A DNA stretch of 64,000 nucleotides from an uncultured Candidatus Saccharibacteria bacterium (GCA_964594415.1 CAZQLQ010000001.1:28850-92849), one strand, 5' to 3'. Counted from the stretch's first letter, positions 19,471 to 30,491 are shown. Notes: generated by a model not told the origin, from the sequence alone. Made by a program: numbers and translations.

Positions 19471-19595
19471 GCTAATTTCTTGATTGTGCTATCTATTTTA
19501 CGTGTAAAAACATGCTATTTCTGTTCACTACAGGGGTTCGCCATCCCCTGAAACTAAAAAGACCGCGATCTACGCAAGGTATATCTCGGCCTTTT

Positions 19596-19670
19596 TGGCA
19601 GTCCCAAGGGGAGTCGAACCCCTGTTACCAGGATGAAAACCTGGCGTCCTAACCACTAGACGATGGGACC
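19596..19670 (-). tRNA. tRNA-Glu (anticodon TTC)
   Basis: The reverse complement folds as a 75-nt cloverleaf: GGTCCCA..anticodon loop TTTTCAT..T-arm AGGGG-TTCGACT-CCCCT..TGGGACT-G-CCA. Confidence 0.88.
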
Positions 19671-19796
19671 ATAATTTAATAGGATTTATTAACTTGAAAA
19701 TTATAGCAGATTTAGTTGTTAATTTCAATATTTTACTTTCGTTATAACTTTGAAAAAATCCTTTAATTTTTTTTTGGTAAAGCATAAAATTAATAG

Positions 19797-21764
19797 ATGA
19801 GGAGGATGTCTATGGGAGAAGAACAAAATGAAGTTCTGGTAAAGCTGAATTTAATATCTGATAGATTGGATTCTCTTGAAGGGCGGATTTCTTTGCTAGA
19901 AAAGGATAGTAATGGCAAGGTTAACGAACCTATACCTCAAAATGAATTGGCTATGAATTCATCAAATGGTGAAAAATTGGAGAGCCATAAAAAGCAGAAT
20001 AGCATTCTTGATAGGCAAATAAGCGCTGGCGGGTGTATATCAATGATAGCTGCCATAATTTTGGTTCCGATGTTTTTATCGTCTTATACCCTAAGAGGCC
20101 TAGCTCTGCCGGTATTATTAATTTTAGGTTATCTTGTTTTTAAAGATTTAAAGTCGCAAGGCTCTTTTAAAACGACCCAAAAAATAGCATCTTACGAGCC
20201 AGATAGGGTTGAGAGAGAGGTTGCTATTGACAGTCAAAAACCAAAGGAAAGCTTCGAAGTTCAGCTTGGACAACATTTCTTTAGTAAATTAGGGATTGTG
20301 GCTCTAGTAATAGGTATAGCTTTATTCTTAATTTATTCGCTTCAATATTTTGAAGCAATGGGAAAGGTTTGTCTTGGTTATCTCTCTTCATTAGTCTTGA
20401 TCACCTTTGGCTATTTTCTTGAAAAAAAATATTCAAGATACGGACAACTACTTTTAGGAGGGGGTGTAGCTGTTACGTATTTTACAACTTATGCTGCACA
20501 TTTTTTCCCAGTTACAAAAATTATAAATAACCAAACCACTGCTCTTGGACTACTTACGTTAATTAGCTTGTCTTATTTGCTCTATATGTTGCGTTACAAA
20601 TCAGAAATAATGGCAGGGATTGCTCTGCTTTTAGTTTTCTTAACTGCAAATCTTGGAGATATAAAATCTTTCTCATTGGTAATGTTAATGATTTTTCTGA
20701 CTGTTGCAGTGATTATTTCTTCGGTTAAGAAATGGAAATTTAATTTGCTTCTTTCATTGGTACTAAACTACTTAACTGTTTTTAGGTGGATTGTTGACTC
20801 AAGCGGATATCCCATTCCCATAGACCAGTTTACTTTTATCCTGTCAATCATTACCATAAGCTACTCGCTATTTTCTCTCGGGGTTTATTTTGTTTATTCC
20901 TCTAGTGAAGGCGTTGAAGCAGAAAACGAAAAAGAAAGTACAGAAGTCATTGCTTTTACGATAATCAACTCAGTTATTTATTACGGATTTTTAGCTGCTA
21001 TATTTGATGCAAACTATCTAGAAGTAAACCAGCCTTTGATGTTATCTTTTAGTATTTTAAATATAGTACTTGCCTTTTTGTCGAGGTTTTTCAATATGAA
21101 GAAAAGTTCTGCAAAGGCATATTTAGGCATTGCAACCGTTTCAATGTTCGTATATATTTCTCTTGCGTTTTCTGATTTGAATTTAGTAGTTGGTTGGTTG
21201 TCTCTTGGAATGATTTACATGATATACGGGTTAATACTAGGGACGATACGTACCAGAGCCGTTGGAATGTTCATCATTGTGGCTTCATTTGTCGCTTTAG
21301 TTATTTCATTTTGGAATATCGAAGAAACCATTTTTAGGCTTACCTTGTTCGGCTTTGCAGCTCTTTTTGAAATATTAAGTCTTTTATTCTTGAATGCTAA
21401 ATTAAAAAATAGTGCCGGGGACTCCACCCTATATGACAGTTACTTACAAAATATTTTAGCAAGTTCTTCTGTTGTATCATTAGCTCTTATACCATGTTAC
21501 TTGGAATCTAAAGAATTTCTTACATTGTATTGGGGTATAATAGCCTTTGTTGTTGCTATTTTGGGTTTTGTATTCAATGATAAAACTTTTAGAAGATCCG
21601 GCTTGATTTTGTTGCTAATTACGGTTTTGAGATTGTTTGTAGTAGATTTGTCTAGTATGGATCCAATATTGAAAATAATTTCATTTTTAGTTTTGGGAGT
21701 AATCTTACTGGCTATTTCATTTGGATATACTAAGTATAAAGACGAAATAAGGAGATACTTATGA
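19797..21764 (+). CDS. large polytopic membrane protein with an N-terminal coiled coil (DUF2339-like?)
   Basis: 655 aa with more than 15 predicted TM helices. No catalytic motifs. Confidence 0.5.
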   Translation: MRRMSMGEEQNEVLVKLNLISDRLDSLEGRISLLEKDSNGKVNEPIPQNELAMNSSNGEKLESHKKQNSILDRQISAGGCISMIAAIILVPMFLSSYTLRGLALPVLLILGYLVFKDLKSQGSFKTTQKIASYEPDRVEREVAIDSQKPKESFEVQLGQHFFSKLGIVALVIGIALFLIYSLQYFEAMGKVCLGYLSSLVLITFGYFLEKKYSRYGQLLLGGGVAVTYFTTYAAHFFPVTKIINNQTTALGLLTLISLSYLLYMLRYKSEIMAGIALLLVFLTANLGDIKSFSLVMLMIFLTVAVIISSVKKWKFNLLLSLVLNYLTVFRWIVDSSGYPIPIDQFTFILSIITISYSLFSLGVYFVYSSSEGVEAENEKESTEVIAFTIINSVIYYGFLAAIFDANYLEVNQPLMLSFSILNIVLAFLSRFFNMKKSSAKAYLGIATVSMFVYISLAFSDLNLVVGWLSLGMIYMIYGLILGTIRTRAVGMFIIVASFVALVISFWNIEETIFRLTLFGFAALFEILSLLFLNAKLKNSAGDSTLYDSYLQNILASSSVVSLALIPCYLESKEFLTLYWGIIAFVVAILGFVFNDKTFRRSGLILLLITVLRLFVVDLSSMDPILKIISFLVLGVILLAISFGYTKYKDEIRRYL

Positions 21765-22477
21765 CCCTAAAGTTTAGATTGTATTTGGGCGCAGTATTTT
21801 TATTGATAATATTTTTTGTTTGGTTTGCTTTTTTGTTTTGGCTCTCTCCTAAGTTTTTTCAGGAAAGAAAAGTGAATTATGGTAGGAAAACAACCACTAC
21901 GATTAATTCACACGAAGCCGAAGCCATTGCCGCAACAAGAGTATCAAAATCAACCACTACCACAACCCGGCCAATTACTAGAAATAATGCAGATTTTAAG
22001 ACTGGATCCTTGGTATTAAATGTTGATGATTCAAGTATTCTTCTTGTTAATATAGACGAAGAATATGATCATTCGGATTGGTTTAAAGATTTTGACCTCT
22101 CAGATAACTCTAGTCTTAAGTTTGAAAAGAATGATATTATAAACTTTGAAACTAATTCATTGGGAGAGATTGTGGAAGCAGCAGAGATAACAAGGCCTTT
22201 TTCTTGTACTGGCAAGGTTACAGCGATTGACTACAAAAGCAAAGACATCCCTTTTTTAACAGTTTCGAAGGTCTATTGTAAACAATCAATAGGAGTAACA
22301 AGTATAGCGGCATTATTTGTTCCAGTGGAAACTCTTTCTCCATTGGGAAAGGACAAGAGCGTGTATAAGCTTCCCGATTATACAGGCTCCTGGATTAATT
22401 TCTTGGTAATCAAAGGGAAAATGAAACAAAATTTAACAAATAATTTTTATGCAATATATATAGAGGAGGAACAATGA
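21761..22477 (+). CDS. hypothetical membrane-anchored protein with a Thr-rich linker
   Basis: An ATGA start/stop overlap with the upstream gene; an N-terminal TM helix. Confidence 0.5.
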   Translation: MTLKFRLYLGAVFLLIIFFVWFAFLFWLSPKFFQERKVNYGRKTTTTINSHEAEAIAATRVSKSTTTTTRPITRNNADFKTGSLVLNVDDSSILLVNIDEEYDHSDWFKDFDLSDNSSLKFEKNDIINFETNSLGEIVEAAEITRPFSCTGKVTAIDYKSKDIPFLTVSKVYCKQSIGVTSIAALFVPVETLSPLGKDKSVYKLPDYTGSWINFLVIKGKMKQNLTNNFYAIYIEEEQ

Positions 22478-23469
22478 AAGTTGCTATAAACGGTTTTGGA
22501 CGGATTGGCCGACAAGTATTTAAAATCTTAATGGAAAAATACCCGGAAGCAGAAATTGTTGCGGTTAATGATTTGACTGATGTTGAAACTTTGGCGCATC
22601 TTTTAAAGTTTGATTCCAACTATGGAGTCTGGGGGGCTAAAATTACACCCGAAGATGGGGGTGTGGATATTGATGGTAAAAAAGTCAGGGTTTTCTCCGA
22701 AAAAGATCCTATGAATTTACCCTGGGGGGAGCTCGGCGTTGATGTCGTGATTGAATCCACAGGTTTTTTTACTGACGGAGAGAAAGCCAGAGCCCACCTT
22801 GAAAGCGGTGCCAAGAAAGTTCTTATATCTGCTCCTGCAAAGAATCACGATATTACGGTCGTTTTGGGTGTGAATGAGGACAAGTATGACAAAGAGAAGC
22901 ATGATATAGTTTCTAATGCCTCTTGTACAACAAATGGCCTGGCGCCCATAGTCAAAGTACTTGTGGATAACTTTGGTATTAAGGCTGGTCTTATGACTAC
23001 GATACATTCTTACACTAATGATCAGAGAATATTAGATTTACCCCATGAAGATTTACGTAGAGCTCGCGCAGCAGCAGTAAATATTATTCCTACATCTACA
23101 GGGGCTGCAAAAGCCCTCAAGGAAGTTATACCAGAGGTTGATGGAAAATTAGACGGAATTGCTTTAAGGGTGCCGACTCCGACAGTTTCCGTAACGGATT
23201 TGACCGTAGAGCTTGAAAGAGAAACTAGCATTGAAGAGATTAATGAAAAGATGTGGGACGCAGCAAAGAATCGGATGAAAGGCTATCTTTTTGTCGCCAC
23301 TGACCCCCTTGTTTCTATGGATTATAGAGGGAATGAATACTCTGCTATCTACGATAGCCTTCTTACAAAGAATATAGGTGGTAACTTTTTTAAGATTGTT
23401 GGTTGGTACGACAATGAGTGGGGTTATAGCTGTCGACTCGCCGAATTGGCAGTCTACATTAGTAAATAA
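22474..23469 (+). CDS. gap: glyceraldehyde-3-phosphate dehydrogenase
   Basis: [16 protein letters not shown]-binding motif and the SNASCTTN catalytic Cys motif. Confidence 0.95.
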   Translation: MKVAINGFGRIGRQVFKILMEKYPEAEIVAVNDLTDVETLAHLLKFDSNYGVWGAKITPEDGGVDIDGKKVRVFSEKDPMNLPWGELGVDVVIESTGFFTDGEKARAHLESGAKKVLISAPAKNHDITVVLGVNEDKYDKEKHDIVSNASCTTNGLAPIVKVLVDNFGIKAGLMTTIHSYTNDQRILDLPHEDLRRARAAAVNIIPTSTGAAKALKEVIPEVDGKLDGIALRVPTPTVSVTDLTVELERETSIEEINEKMWDAAKNRMKGYLFVATDPLVSMDYRGNEYSAIYDSLLTKNIGGNFFKIVGWYDNEWGYSCRLAELAVYISK

Positions 23470-23482
23470 CATTGGAGTTTGT

Positions 23483-24652
23483 GTGAAAAAGATACAAGAG
23501 CTAGCAGGGAAATTAGACGGGAAAAAAGTATTGGTACGCGTAGACTATAATGTTCCTGTCGAAGATGGTGTAGTAAAAGACACTGAGCGAATAGAGGCAA
23601 GCTTAAAGACAATAAACTTCCTTTTGGCAAATGGTGCAGCTGTTATTTTATGTTCACATTTAGGCCGTCCAGAGGGAAAAAAGGACTTGAAGTTTTCACT
23701 TGAGCAAATAGTCGGTACGCTCGAGAAGTTGAGTAACAAAAGTGTTCGATTTGTCGAAAATTGCATCGGAGAAGCACATTCGAAAATTATCTCTGAAATT
23801 AAAAGTGGCGAGATCGCAATTTTAGAAAATGTTCGATTTTACGCAGAGGAAGAGGAGAACGGCGAAGAGTTTTCAAAAAAACTAGCCGAAGGTCTTGACC
23901 TTTATGTGAATGATGCGTTTTCCGCTTCGCACAGAAAACATTCTTCTATTGTGGGAGTAACACAGTTTTTGGAAGGGTATGCTGGGTTTTCGCTTCAAAA
24001 CGAAATAGAACATCTTTCAGCTCTTCTTACTGAGCCAAAGAGGCCTTTTGTGATGATATCAGGCGGAGCGAAAGTGTCAGATAAGATAGGTATATTAGAG
24101 AATTTGATCACAAAAGTTGATACGATACTGATTGGTGGCGGGATGGCGAATACTTTTATTTCTTCGGAAGGCATTGAAATTGGGAAATCACTTGTTGAAC
24201 AAGAATTTGTTGTGGAGGCGGGTAATATTTTAGAAAAGGCAAGAGAAAACAATGTCCAGATAATCCTTCCTTTTGACGTAATCGCATGCAAAGAAGTGAA
24301 TAGCTCAGACAAGGGTGAGGTTAAGGGCATAACTGACATAGAGGAAGACGACATTATTGCAGACATTGGGCCCAAAACAATGCAATTATTTGAAGAGGAA
24401 ATACTAAAAGCAAAAACAGTGTTTTGGAATGGACCTCTGGGGATAACAGAACATAGCCAGTTTGCCTTCGGAACAATTAAAATTGGCGAGGCCGTAGCTG
24501 GATCTGGTGCCTTCAGCATTATAGGAGGTGGTGATACTATTACGGCGCTTCCAGACGAGATGGAGAAGAATTTCACCTTTGTTTCTATGGCCGGGGGCGC
24601 TTCCTTGGAATTTCTTGAGGGGAAAAGTCTGCCAGGCATCGAAGTCTTATAA
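23483..24652 (+). CDS. pgk: phosphoglycerate kinase
   Basis: A GTG start 6 nt after GGAG: (M)KKIQELAGKLDGKKVLVRVDYNVP. A conserved PGK core. Confidence 0.9.
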   Translation: MKKIQELAGKLDGKKVLVRVDYNVPVEDGVVKDTERIEASLKTINFLLANGAAVILCSHLGRPEGKKDLKFSLEQIVGTLEKLSNKSVRFVENCIGEAHSKIISEIKSGEIAILENVRFYAEEEENGEEFSKKLAEGLDLYVNDAFSASHRKHSSIVGVTQFLEGYAGFSLQNEIEHLSALLTEPKRPFVMISGGAKVSDKIGILENLITKVDTILIGGGMANTFISSEGIEIGKSLVEQEFVVEAGNILEKARENNVQIILPFDVIACKEVNSSDKGEVKGITDIEEDDIIADIGPKTMQLFEEEILKAKTVFWNGPLGITEHSQFAFGTIKIGEAVAGSGAFSIIGGGDTITALPDEMEKNFTFVSMAGGASLEFLEGKSLPGIEVL

Positions 24653-24702
24653 CAGAATTTTACTTTTTGAGTTATAATGAAATAAGCTTTGGAGGGTAAG
24701 TA

Positions 24703-25482
24703 ATGAATAAAAAGATAGTTATTGGTAATTGGAAAATGCATCTCACTGTTCCTGAGGGGACTGTTTTGATTGAAAAGCTAAAAAACGAACTTACCAAGAT
24801 CTCTAAAACAGAAGTGGTTGTTGTCCCTGGGTTTTTAAATATTTATCCTGCTAGTATCGAACTGAAGGATTCAAAAATTAAATTGGGTGCGCAAAATTTA
24901 TTTTACGAAGGAGTGGGCGAATATACAGGAGAGGTTTCTCCGTCTCAACTCGCTCATTTTGTAGAATATGTAATTGTGGGGCACTCTGAAAGACGTAGGC
25001 ATTTTGGCGAAACTGATAAAGTAATTGCAAGAAAAGTAGAGGCGGCTATATCTCATGGAATAATCCCAGTCATATGTGTTGGTGAAACGTTGCATGAATA
25101 TGAGGATGGAATGTCGAAAACTGTTGTTATGAACCAGCTGGAAGCGGCTATTTCGCATTTAACTGATGAAGAGATAGCGGGTTCTGTCATCGCTTACGAA
25201 CCAGTGTGGGCGATCGGCACAGGCCGGGTTTGTTCACATTTGGATGCAGAAAAAATGACAGAGAGTATCAGAAATCTAATAAAAGCACTTTATGGCGAAA
25301 ATGCTTCGGAGAGGGTCAGAATTGTTTATGGCGGAAGCATAGACAGCGAATGCGTAAAAGAATTTGCCGAGTCAAAGAATATAGACGGGGTTTTGGTAGG
25401 AGGCGATAGTCTAAATAGTACTGATTTTGCAAAAGTCGTCGAGATGTTTGAGGATTCATTATTAAAAGGAGCTAAAAGATAA
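24703..25482 (+). CDS. tpiA: triose-phosphate isomerase
   Basis: IVIGNWKMH, the catalytic His in VIVGHSERR, and AYEPVWAIGTG. Confidence 0.95.
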   Translation: MNKKIVIGNWKMHLTVPEGTVLIEKLKNELTKISKTEVVVVPGFLNIYPASIELKDSKIKLGAQNLFYEGVGEYTGEVSPSQLAHFVEYVIVGHSERRRHFGETDKVIARKVEAAISHGIIPVICVGETLHEYEDGMSKTVVMNQLEAAISHLTDEEIAGSVIAYEPVWAIGTGRVCSHLDAEKMTESIRNLIKALYGENASERVRIVYGGSIDSECVKEFAESKNIDGVLVGGDSLNSTDFAKVVEMFEDSLLKGAKR

Positions 25483-26330
25483 TGCTTGTAACAACCAAAG
25501 AACTTTATTTGGATGCAAAACAAAATGGTTATGCTGTAGGCGCTTTCAATGTCTCTTCTCTCGAGGCGATAAAAGCAGTTCTTTCTGCAGCATCTAATAT
25601 GGATACGAATGTGGTGGTTGAGACAAGCGAAAATGAAATGAACTATCTTGAGCCAGAAATAGTCTTTGCGATAGTTGAAACACTTGCTAGAAAATTACCC
25701 ATCAAGGTCGGTTTGCATCTTGATCATGGCAAAAGTATCGAAGTAGTTAAGAGAGCTATTGATGCTGGATATACTTCAGTCCATATCGATGGATCAAGCT
25801 TGAGCTATGAAGAAAATGCTAAAATTACAAAAGAAGTTGTAGATTATGCTCATGATAAGGGAGTTACCGTCGAAGGAGAGATCGGCCATGTGCCTGGTTC
25901 TAGTATTAATCACGGGGAACAATCAGAGATCAATAACAGTTTACTAACAAATGTAGAAGAGGCAAAAAAATTTGTTGATGAAACGGGCATTGATATTCTG
26001 GCCGTATCTATAGGAAACATACATGGTGTATATACAAACATACCCATTCTTGATTTTGAAAGACTAAAATTGCTTAATGAGATAGGGGTACCGATGTCAT
26101 TGCACGGAGGATCAGGAATCCCAGGGGACCAAGTTCGTAGAGCGATATCTCTTGGTATAACAAAAGTTAATGTAAACACTGAGCTGAGAATAGCCTTCAC
26201 TAAGACTATGAGAAAAGAGTTGTGTGACAATTCATACAAAATGGTTCCTTACGAATATCTACCAGAGGTTATAGAGAGTGTCAAAAAGACAGTCCTTGAA
26301 AAATTAAATTTATTTAAAACGGAGGGGTAA
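25482..26330 (+). CDS. fba: class II fructose-bisphosphate aldolase
   Basis: LHLDHG and HGGSG metal-binding motifs; 282 aa. Confidence 0.9.
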   Translation: MLVTTKELYLDAKQNGYAVGAFNVSSLEAIKAVLSAASNMDTNVVVETSENEMNYLEPEIVFAIVETLARKLPIKVGLHLDHGKSIEVVKRAIDAGYTSVHIDGSSLSYEENAKITKEVVDYAHDKGVTVEGEIGHVPGSSINHGEQSEINNSLLTNVEEAKKFVDETGIDILAVSIGNIHGVYTNIPILDFERLKLLNEIGVPMSLHGGSGIPGDQVRRAISLGITKVNVNTELRIAFTKTMRKELCDNSYKMVPYEYLPEVIESVKKTVLEKLNLFKTEG

Positions 26331-26331
26331 A

Positions 26332-26895
26332 ATGGCAAGAACAAAAACAAACAAGGGAAATGCAAAATCAAAAGCTGCAAGCAGCCAGTTAATTAAAGGA
26401 TTTAGTATAAAAAACGCTATTGAAGTAGGTATCCTAGTATACTTAAGCACTCTATTCATTTCTGTTGTTATTTTCTTGATTATGGAGCTATTAATCTCAG
26501 ATTTTACTAATATTACAGTGCTAATCTCTCAAAATATCAGTGAGAGGGTTTATTATGTTTATCAAATGGGGATTGTTTACGGTTTGAGTTCTTTTATATC
26601 CTTGTTCTTATACGCAACGGTTTCCTGGTACGAGGAAAAAAGGTTTCTAAAGAATTTAAATTCTACGAAAAATGTAATGATCGATGGACTTATATTCTTT
26701 AGTATATTTATAATTCTAGACTTTTTATTGGGTTTTATATTAGTACCGATGCCGCTTGACTGGTCCGAATCTGTCAACATTTCTGTTAAAAGTATTTGTA
26801 ATAACTATTTTGGAGGAATAATTTACTGGATATTAGCGATTTTTGTAGCTATCCTACCTTCAATTATTTATATATTTAAAAAACAAAGTAAATAG
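26332..26895 (+). CDS. hypothetical integral membrane protein
   Basis: 187 aa with ~5 TM helices, inserted between fba and pps. Confidence 0.45.
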   Translation: MARTKTNKGNAKSKAASSQLIKGFSIKNAIEVGILVYLSTLFISVVIFLIMELLISDFTNITVLISQNISERVYYVYQMGIVYGLSSFISLFLYATVSWYEEKRFLKNLNSTKNVMIDGLIFFSIFIILDFLLGFILVPMPLDWSESVNISVKSICNNYFGGIIYWILAIFVAILPSIIYIFKKQSK

Positions 26896-26909
26896 GAGAG
26901 ACTAGTTCT

Positions 26910-29303
26910 ATGAGCAAGGATATTGTTTGGTTTAGTGATGTAGGCAAGGAGGATGGTGCAATTGTTGGTGGAAAAGGAGCCAATCTAGGGGAGCTGACTA
27001 AAAGTGGGTTTCCGGTACCACCAGGTTTTATCATTACCGCTGATGCATACTTTGATTATATAAAAACGACCGGACTTGATGCAAAAATAGGTATTTTGTT
27101 AGAAGGGTTTGATAAGGAAGACTCAAAGGATCTTCAAGATCGTGCGGAAAAGACTCAACAGCTTATAAAGTCAGAGCCACTGCCTGAAATGTTAGCTCAA
27201 GAAATTCTTTCTTCCTATAAAAAGTTAGCAGAAGAAACAAACACCGATGTTGATCATCTATATGTTGCTGTTCGTTCAAGTGCAACTGCAGAAGATTTGG
27301 CTGGAGCTTCTTTTGCTGGCCAGCAGGCAACCTATCTGAATATTATTGGTGAAAAAGCTCTCTTGCAGGCCGTGCTTGACTGCTGGGCTTCTTTATTCGA
27401 GGCCAGGGCAATTTATTATCGTGCAGAACAAGGTTTTGGGCAACTAGATGTAGGAATTGCGGTTCCTGTTCAAAAAATGGTCAACTCAGAAGCAGCGGGC
27501 GTGATGTTTACAATAGACCCGACAAACAACGATCTAGAGCACATATCAATTGAAGCTGCTTATGGACTTGGAGAAGTGGTTGTCTTGGGGGCAATTACGC
27601 CGGATCGCTACTTGGTTGATAAAAAAACATTAGAGATCAGCTCTAGGGAGATACATAAGCAGGAATGGATGCTTACTAGGGATTCTGGCTCAAGCGATAC
27701 GGATGACTTATCAGATTTACAGAAAGCAAGTATTCCTGTACCCGGTGATTATCAGCAGGCACAAAAGATTAGCGACGCTCAAATATTGGAGCTTGCGAAA
27801 ATTGCTCTTAAGATCGAAGAACATTATGGCGCCCCTCAGGACACAGAATGGGCGATGGAAAAAGGAAAGATCTATATGGTTCAAAGCCGACCGGTAACAA
27901 CTTTAGGCGAACAAGATAATGGAGATATTGCAAAGGATGAACAAGTAGAATCAACCGGAGAAAAGAAAGTAATTATAAAAGGTTCGGCTGCGTCTACAGG
28001 TATGGCTTATGGGCCAGTAAGAATTATTCACAGTCCTACGGAAATAGACAAGATTCTCGAGGGCGACGTTCTTGTTACCGAGATGACTACGCCCGATTAT
28101 GTTCCTGCTATGAAAAGGGCGGCTGCAATAGTAACCGATGCGGGCGGGCGCACGTGTCATGCAGCAATTGTTTCTAGAGAGCTTGGTATTCCTTGCGTCG
28201 TAGGAACTGAAGTGGCAACTACGCAACTAACAGATGGGCAGGTAATAACAGTTGACGGGAAAAACGGGTTGGTATATGAGGGAAAGATTGAGGCTAAAAA
28301 AACCGAAGTGCCAAAAGAGGGAAGTACTGTTATCCAGGCTTCTGCACCTGTAACTGCAACAAAAATATACGTAAACCTAGGTGAGCCAGAGCTAGCAGAA
28401 AAGGTTTCGGCAATGAATGTTGATGGCGTGGGTCTGTTAAGAGCCGAATTTATCATTATGGAGTCTATTGGAGAACATCCCAAAAAGATGATCAAGGAAG
28501 GACGCCAAGAGGAGTATGTAGCTAAATTAGCCGAAGGACTCGAGACTTTTGCAAGGGCTTTTCATCCAAGAAATGTAGTTTATAGAGCAACTGACTTCAA
28601 AACAAATGAATACCGCGGACTAAAGGGCGGGGAGGAGTTTGAACCCGAGGAGGACAATCCAATGATAGGTTACAGGGGGTGTTTTCGCTACCTGAAGGAT
28701 CCTGAAGAGTTTGCTCTTGAGCTGGAAGCCATAAAGAGAGTAAGAAAAAGCTTTAATAATCTTCAATTAATGATACCTTTCGTCAGAAGAACAGACGAGT
28801 TTGCAAAGGTTAAGAAAATCGTTGAAGACTCGGGGCTAAATAAAGAGACGGATCCTGACTTCAAACTTTGGATAATGGTTGAGGTTCCATCTGCGGTCAT
28901 CGAGATCGATAAATATTGTGAGATGGGAATTGATGGAGTTTCAATCGGTTCGAATGATCTTACCCAGTTAACTTTAGGGCTTGATAGGGATTCAAGCATT
29001 GTAGCCGAGCTTTTTGACGAGAGGTACCCCGCAGTGCAATGGATGATAAAAAGAACCGTTGAGGTTTGTTCTCAGTATGGAGTAACCTGTTCGATTTGTG
29101 GACAAGCGCCAAGCGTTTATCCTGAGGTTGCGCAGAAAATGGTGGAATATGGAGCAACATCTATTTCGGTTAACCCTGATGTAATTGATAGCACTAGAAA
29201 TCTTATTGCTGCTGTCGAGGAAAAAATATTGCTTACCGAGCTTAGTAAAATGAAAAAAGAAATCTTTGAATTAGAAAAGAAACTTAATCTAGATAAAGAA
29301 TAA
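26910..29303 (+). CDS. ppsA: phosphoenolpyruvate synthase (pyruvate, water dikinase)
   Basis: 797 aa. The PEP-utilising phosphohistidine motif GGRTCHAAIVSRELGIPCVVG, an N-terminal ATP-grasp and a C-terminal PEP-binding TIM barrel. Confidence 0.85.
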   Translation: MSKDIVWFSDVGKEDGAIVGGKGANLGELTKSGFPVPPGFIITADAYFDYIKTTGLDAKIGILLEGFDKEDSKDLQDRAEKTQQLIKSEPLPEMLAQEILSSYKKLAEETNTDVDHLYVAVRSSATAEDLAGASFAGQQATYLNIIGEKALLQAVLDCWASLFEARAIYYRAEQGFGQLDVGIAVPVQKMVNSEAAGVMFTIDPTNNDLEHISIEAAYGLGEVVVLGAITPDRYLVDKKTLEISSREIHKQEWMLTRDSGSSDTDDLSDLQKASIPVPGDYQQAQKISDAQILELAKIALKIEEHYGAPQDTEWAMEKGKIYMVQSRPVTTLGEQDNGDIAKDEQVESTGEKKVIIKGSAASTGMAYGPVRIIHSPTEIDKILEGDVLVTEMTTPDYVPAMKRAAAIVTDAGGRTCHAAIVSRELGIPCVVGTEVATTQLTDGQVITVDGKNGLVYEGKIEAKKTEVPKEGSTVIQASAPVTATKIYVNLGEPELAEKVSAMNVDGVGLLRAEFIIMESIGEHPKKMIKEGRQEEYVAKLAEGLETFARAFHPRNVVYRATDFKTNEYRGLKGGEEFEPEEDNPMIGYRGCFRYLKDPEEFALELEAIKRVRKSFNNLQLMIPFVRRTDEFAKVKKIVEDSGLNKETDPDFKLWIMVEVPSAVIEIDKYCEMGIDGVSIGSNDLTQLTLGLDRDSSIVAELFDERYPAVQWMIKRTVEVCSQYGVTCSICGQAPSVYPEVAQKMVEYGATSISVNPDVIDSTRNLIAAVEEKILLTELSKMKKEIFELEKKLNLDKE

Positions 29304-29318
29304 AGCTAGGGGGATTAA

Positions 29319-30491
29319 TTGCTTTGTCCAAAATGTAAAAAAGAGATTGTTTTAGCTGGAAACCGGTATGTGTGTACCGATTGTGGTATTGAAATCCCTG
29401 AAAGTGAGGTACTGGCTAGTGATAATGGCCTTCCTGATCTTGATGGCAATGGTCGGTTGATCGACATTATAAGTGACGATGTCAAAAAAAGTTCTAGTGG
29501 AGCTGACATCTCGCAATCATATGGCGCCCAGGGGGCAGCTTCCTCGTCATCGACGTCAATAAATGGTCCTAAGAATTCTAGTGGTACGCCTAGATCGATG
29601 GACGGTATTATCAAAAATAATACTGTAACACAATCTAGTCAGAATTCTTACCAAAATAGCTCTGATTTTGAAGGAAATATTAATAAGAATAGTACTCCGC
29701 TGAGCAATAAAGGTACTCAAAAAGTTCTCTCTACCCAAAAAGATAATTCCGTTACTCATCTAGAAGAAATGACGCCGCCAATGGATCCTTTTAGCTCAGC
29801 AGAAGGCACTAAAAAAACTGATTCCGATATTTTTAGGAATCCTATCTTTGATGAGAAAATCCCTATTCAGGAAGACAGAAAAAAGAATATAGATACGGAA
29901 GTTAAGACAACTAATAAATATCTAGTAATCGTTATTTTCGGAATAATCTTAGTAGGCGGGCTTATCTTTGGGGGAGTATATTCTTACTATACGCTTTCAA
30001 AAAAAGTATCCGCGGATAAATTGGTAACAACCACTACTATTCCCGAATGGACAGAATATAGCGATCCTGCAGATAAATTTGTATTAACATTACCGGGAGA
30101 CCCTGTGGTATCGCAAAATGATATTGCTTTATCTGGTACAACAATAAGTTCTAGCTATGTTACCTCTGCGGTTAGCGATGTGCAATATATTCTTCAATAT
30201 TCCACTCTACCAGACAATTTTGTGGTAACAAGCTTAAACGAGTTCTATCAGGGGATACTTATTGGAATGTTGGGTGATAGTGCGGGAGAAATAGTCAGTA
30301 ATAAAGAGGCGCAATTCTTAGAAAACAAGGGATGTGAGTTTCTCGTAAAAATAGGGGATAACTATTCAAGCGGGAAAATGGTTTTGATTAATAAAGAACT
30401 TTATGTAATATTGGTAATTTCAAAGACAGATGCTCCAAGTGATTATGACAAGTTTATTAATTCTTTTGAACTAAAACATAAGGAAGTCTGA
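29319..30491 (+). CDS. hypothetical membrane protein with an N-terminal zinc-ribbon (CPKC..CTDC)
   Basis: A Cys4 ribbon, a Ser-rich disordered region, one TM helix and a C-terminal extracytoplasmic domain. Confidence 0.5.
   Translation: MLCPKCKKEIVLAGNRYVCTDCGIEIPESEVLASDNGLPDLDGNGRLIDIISDDVKKSSSGADISQSYGAQGAASSSSTSINGPKNSSGTPRSMDGIIKNNTVTQSSQNSYQNSSDFEGNINKNSTPLSNKGTQKVLSTQKDNSVTHLEEMTPPMDPFSSAEGTKKTDSDIFRNPIFDEKIPIQEDRKKNIDTEVKTTNKYLVIVIFGIILVGGLIFGGVYSYYTLSKKVSADKLVTTTTIPEWTEYSDPADKFVLTLPGDPVVSQNDIALSGTTISSSYVTSAVSDVQYILQYSTLPDNFVVTSLNEFYQGILIGMLGDSAGEIVSNKEAQFLENKGCEFLVKIGDNYSSGKMVLINKELYVILVISKTDAPSDYDKFINSFELKHKEV

Noticed and set aside
19241-19670. Active integrative element at tRNA-Glu
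   Set aside because: No integrase, excisionase or cargo genes lie between the tRNA and its duplicated 3' ends. Flanking similarity extends beyond the tRNA, into terminator and hairpin. Tandem decay is at least as likely as an att scar.
19570-19785. 71-aa minus-strand ORF
   Set aside because: It is an out-of-frame translation through the tRNA-Glu gene and not a protein.
23378-23482. Upstream extension of pgk overlapping the gap 3' end
   Set aside because: A GTG at 23483 with a GGAG RBS 6 nt upstream gives the canonical PGK N-terminus. The extension overlaps gap by about 90 bp.
23995-24741. 248-aa minus-strand ORF inside pgk, and similar antisense ORFs (24898-25158, 25910-26239, 28157-28495, 33207-33698, 36714-36971)
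   Set aside because: All lie antisense within strongly supported conserved genes and lack motifs. They are typical shadow ORFs.
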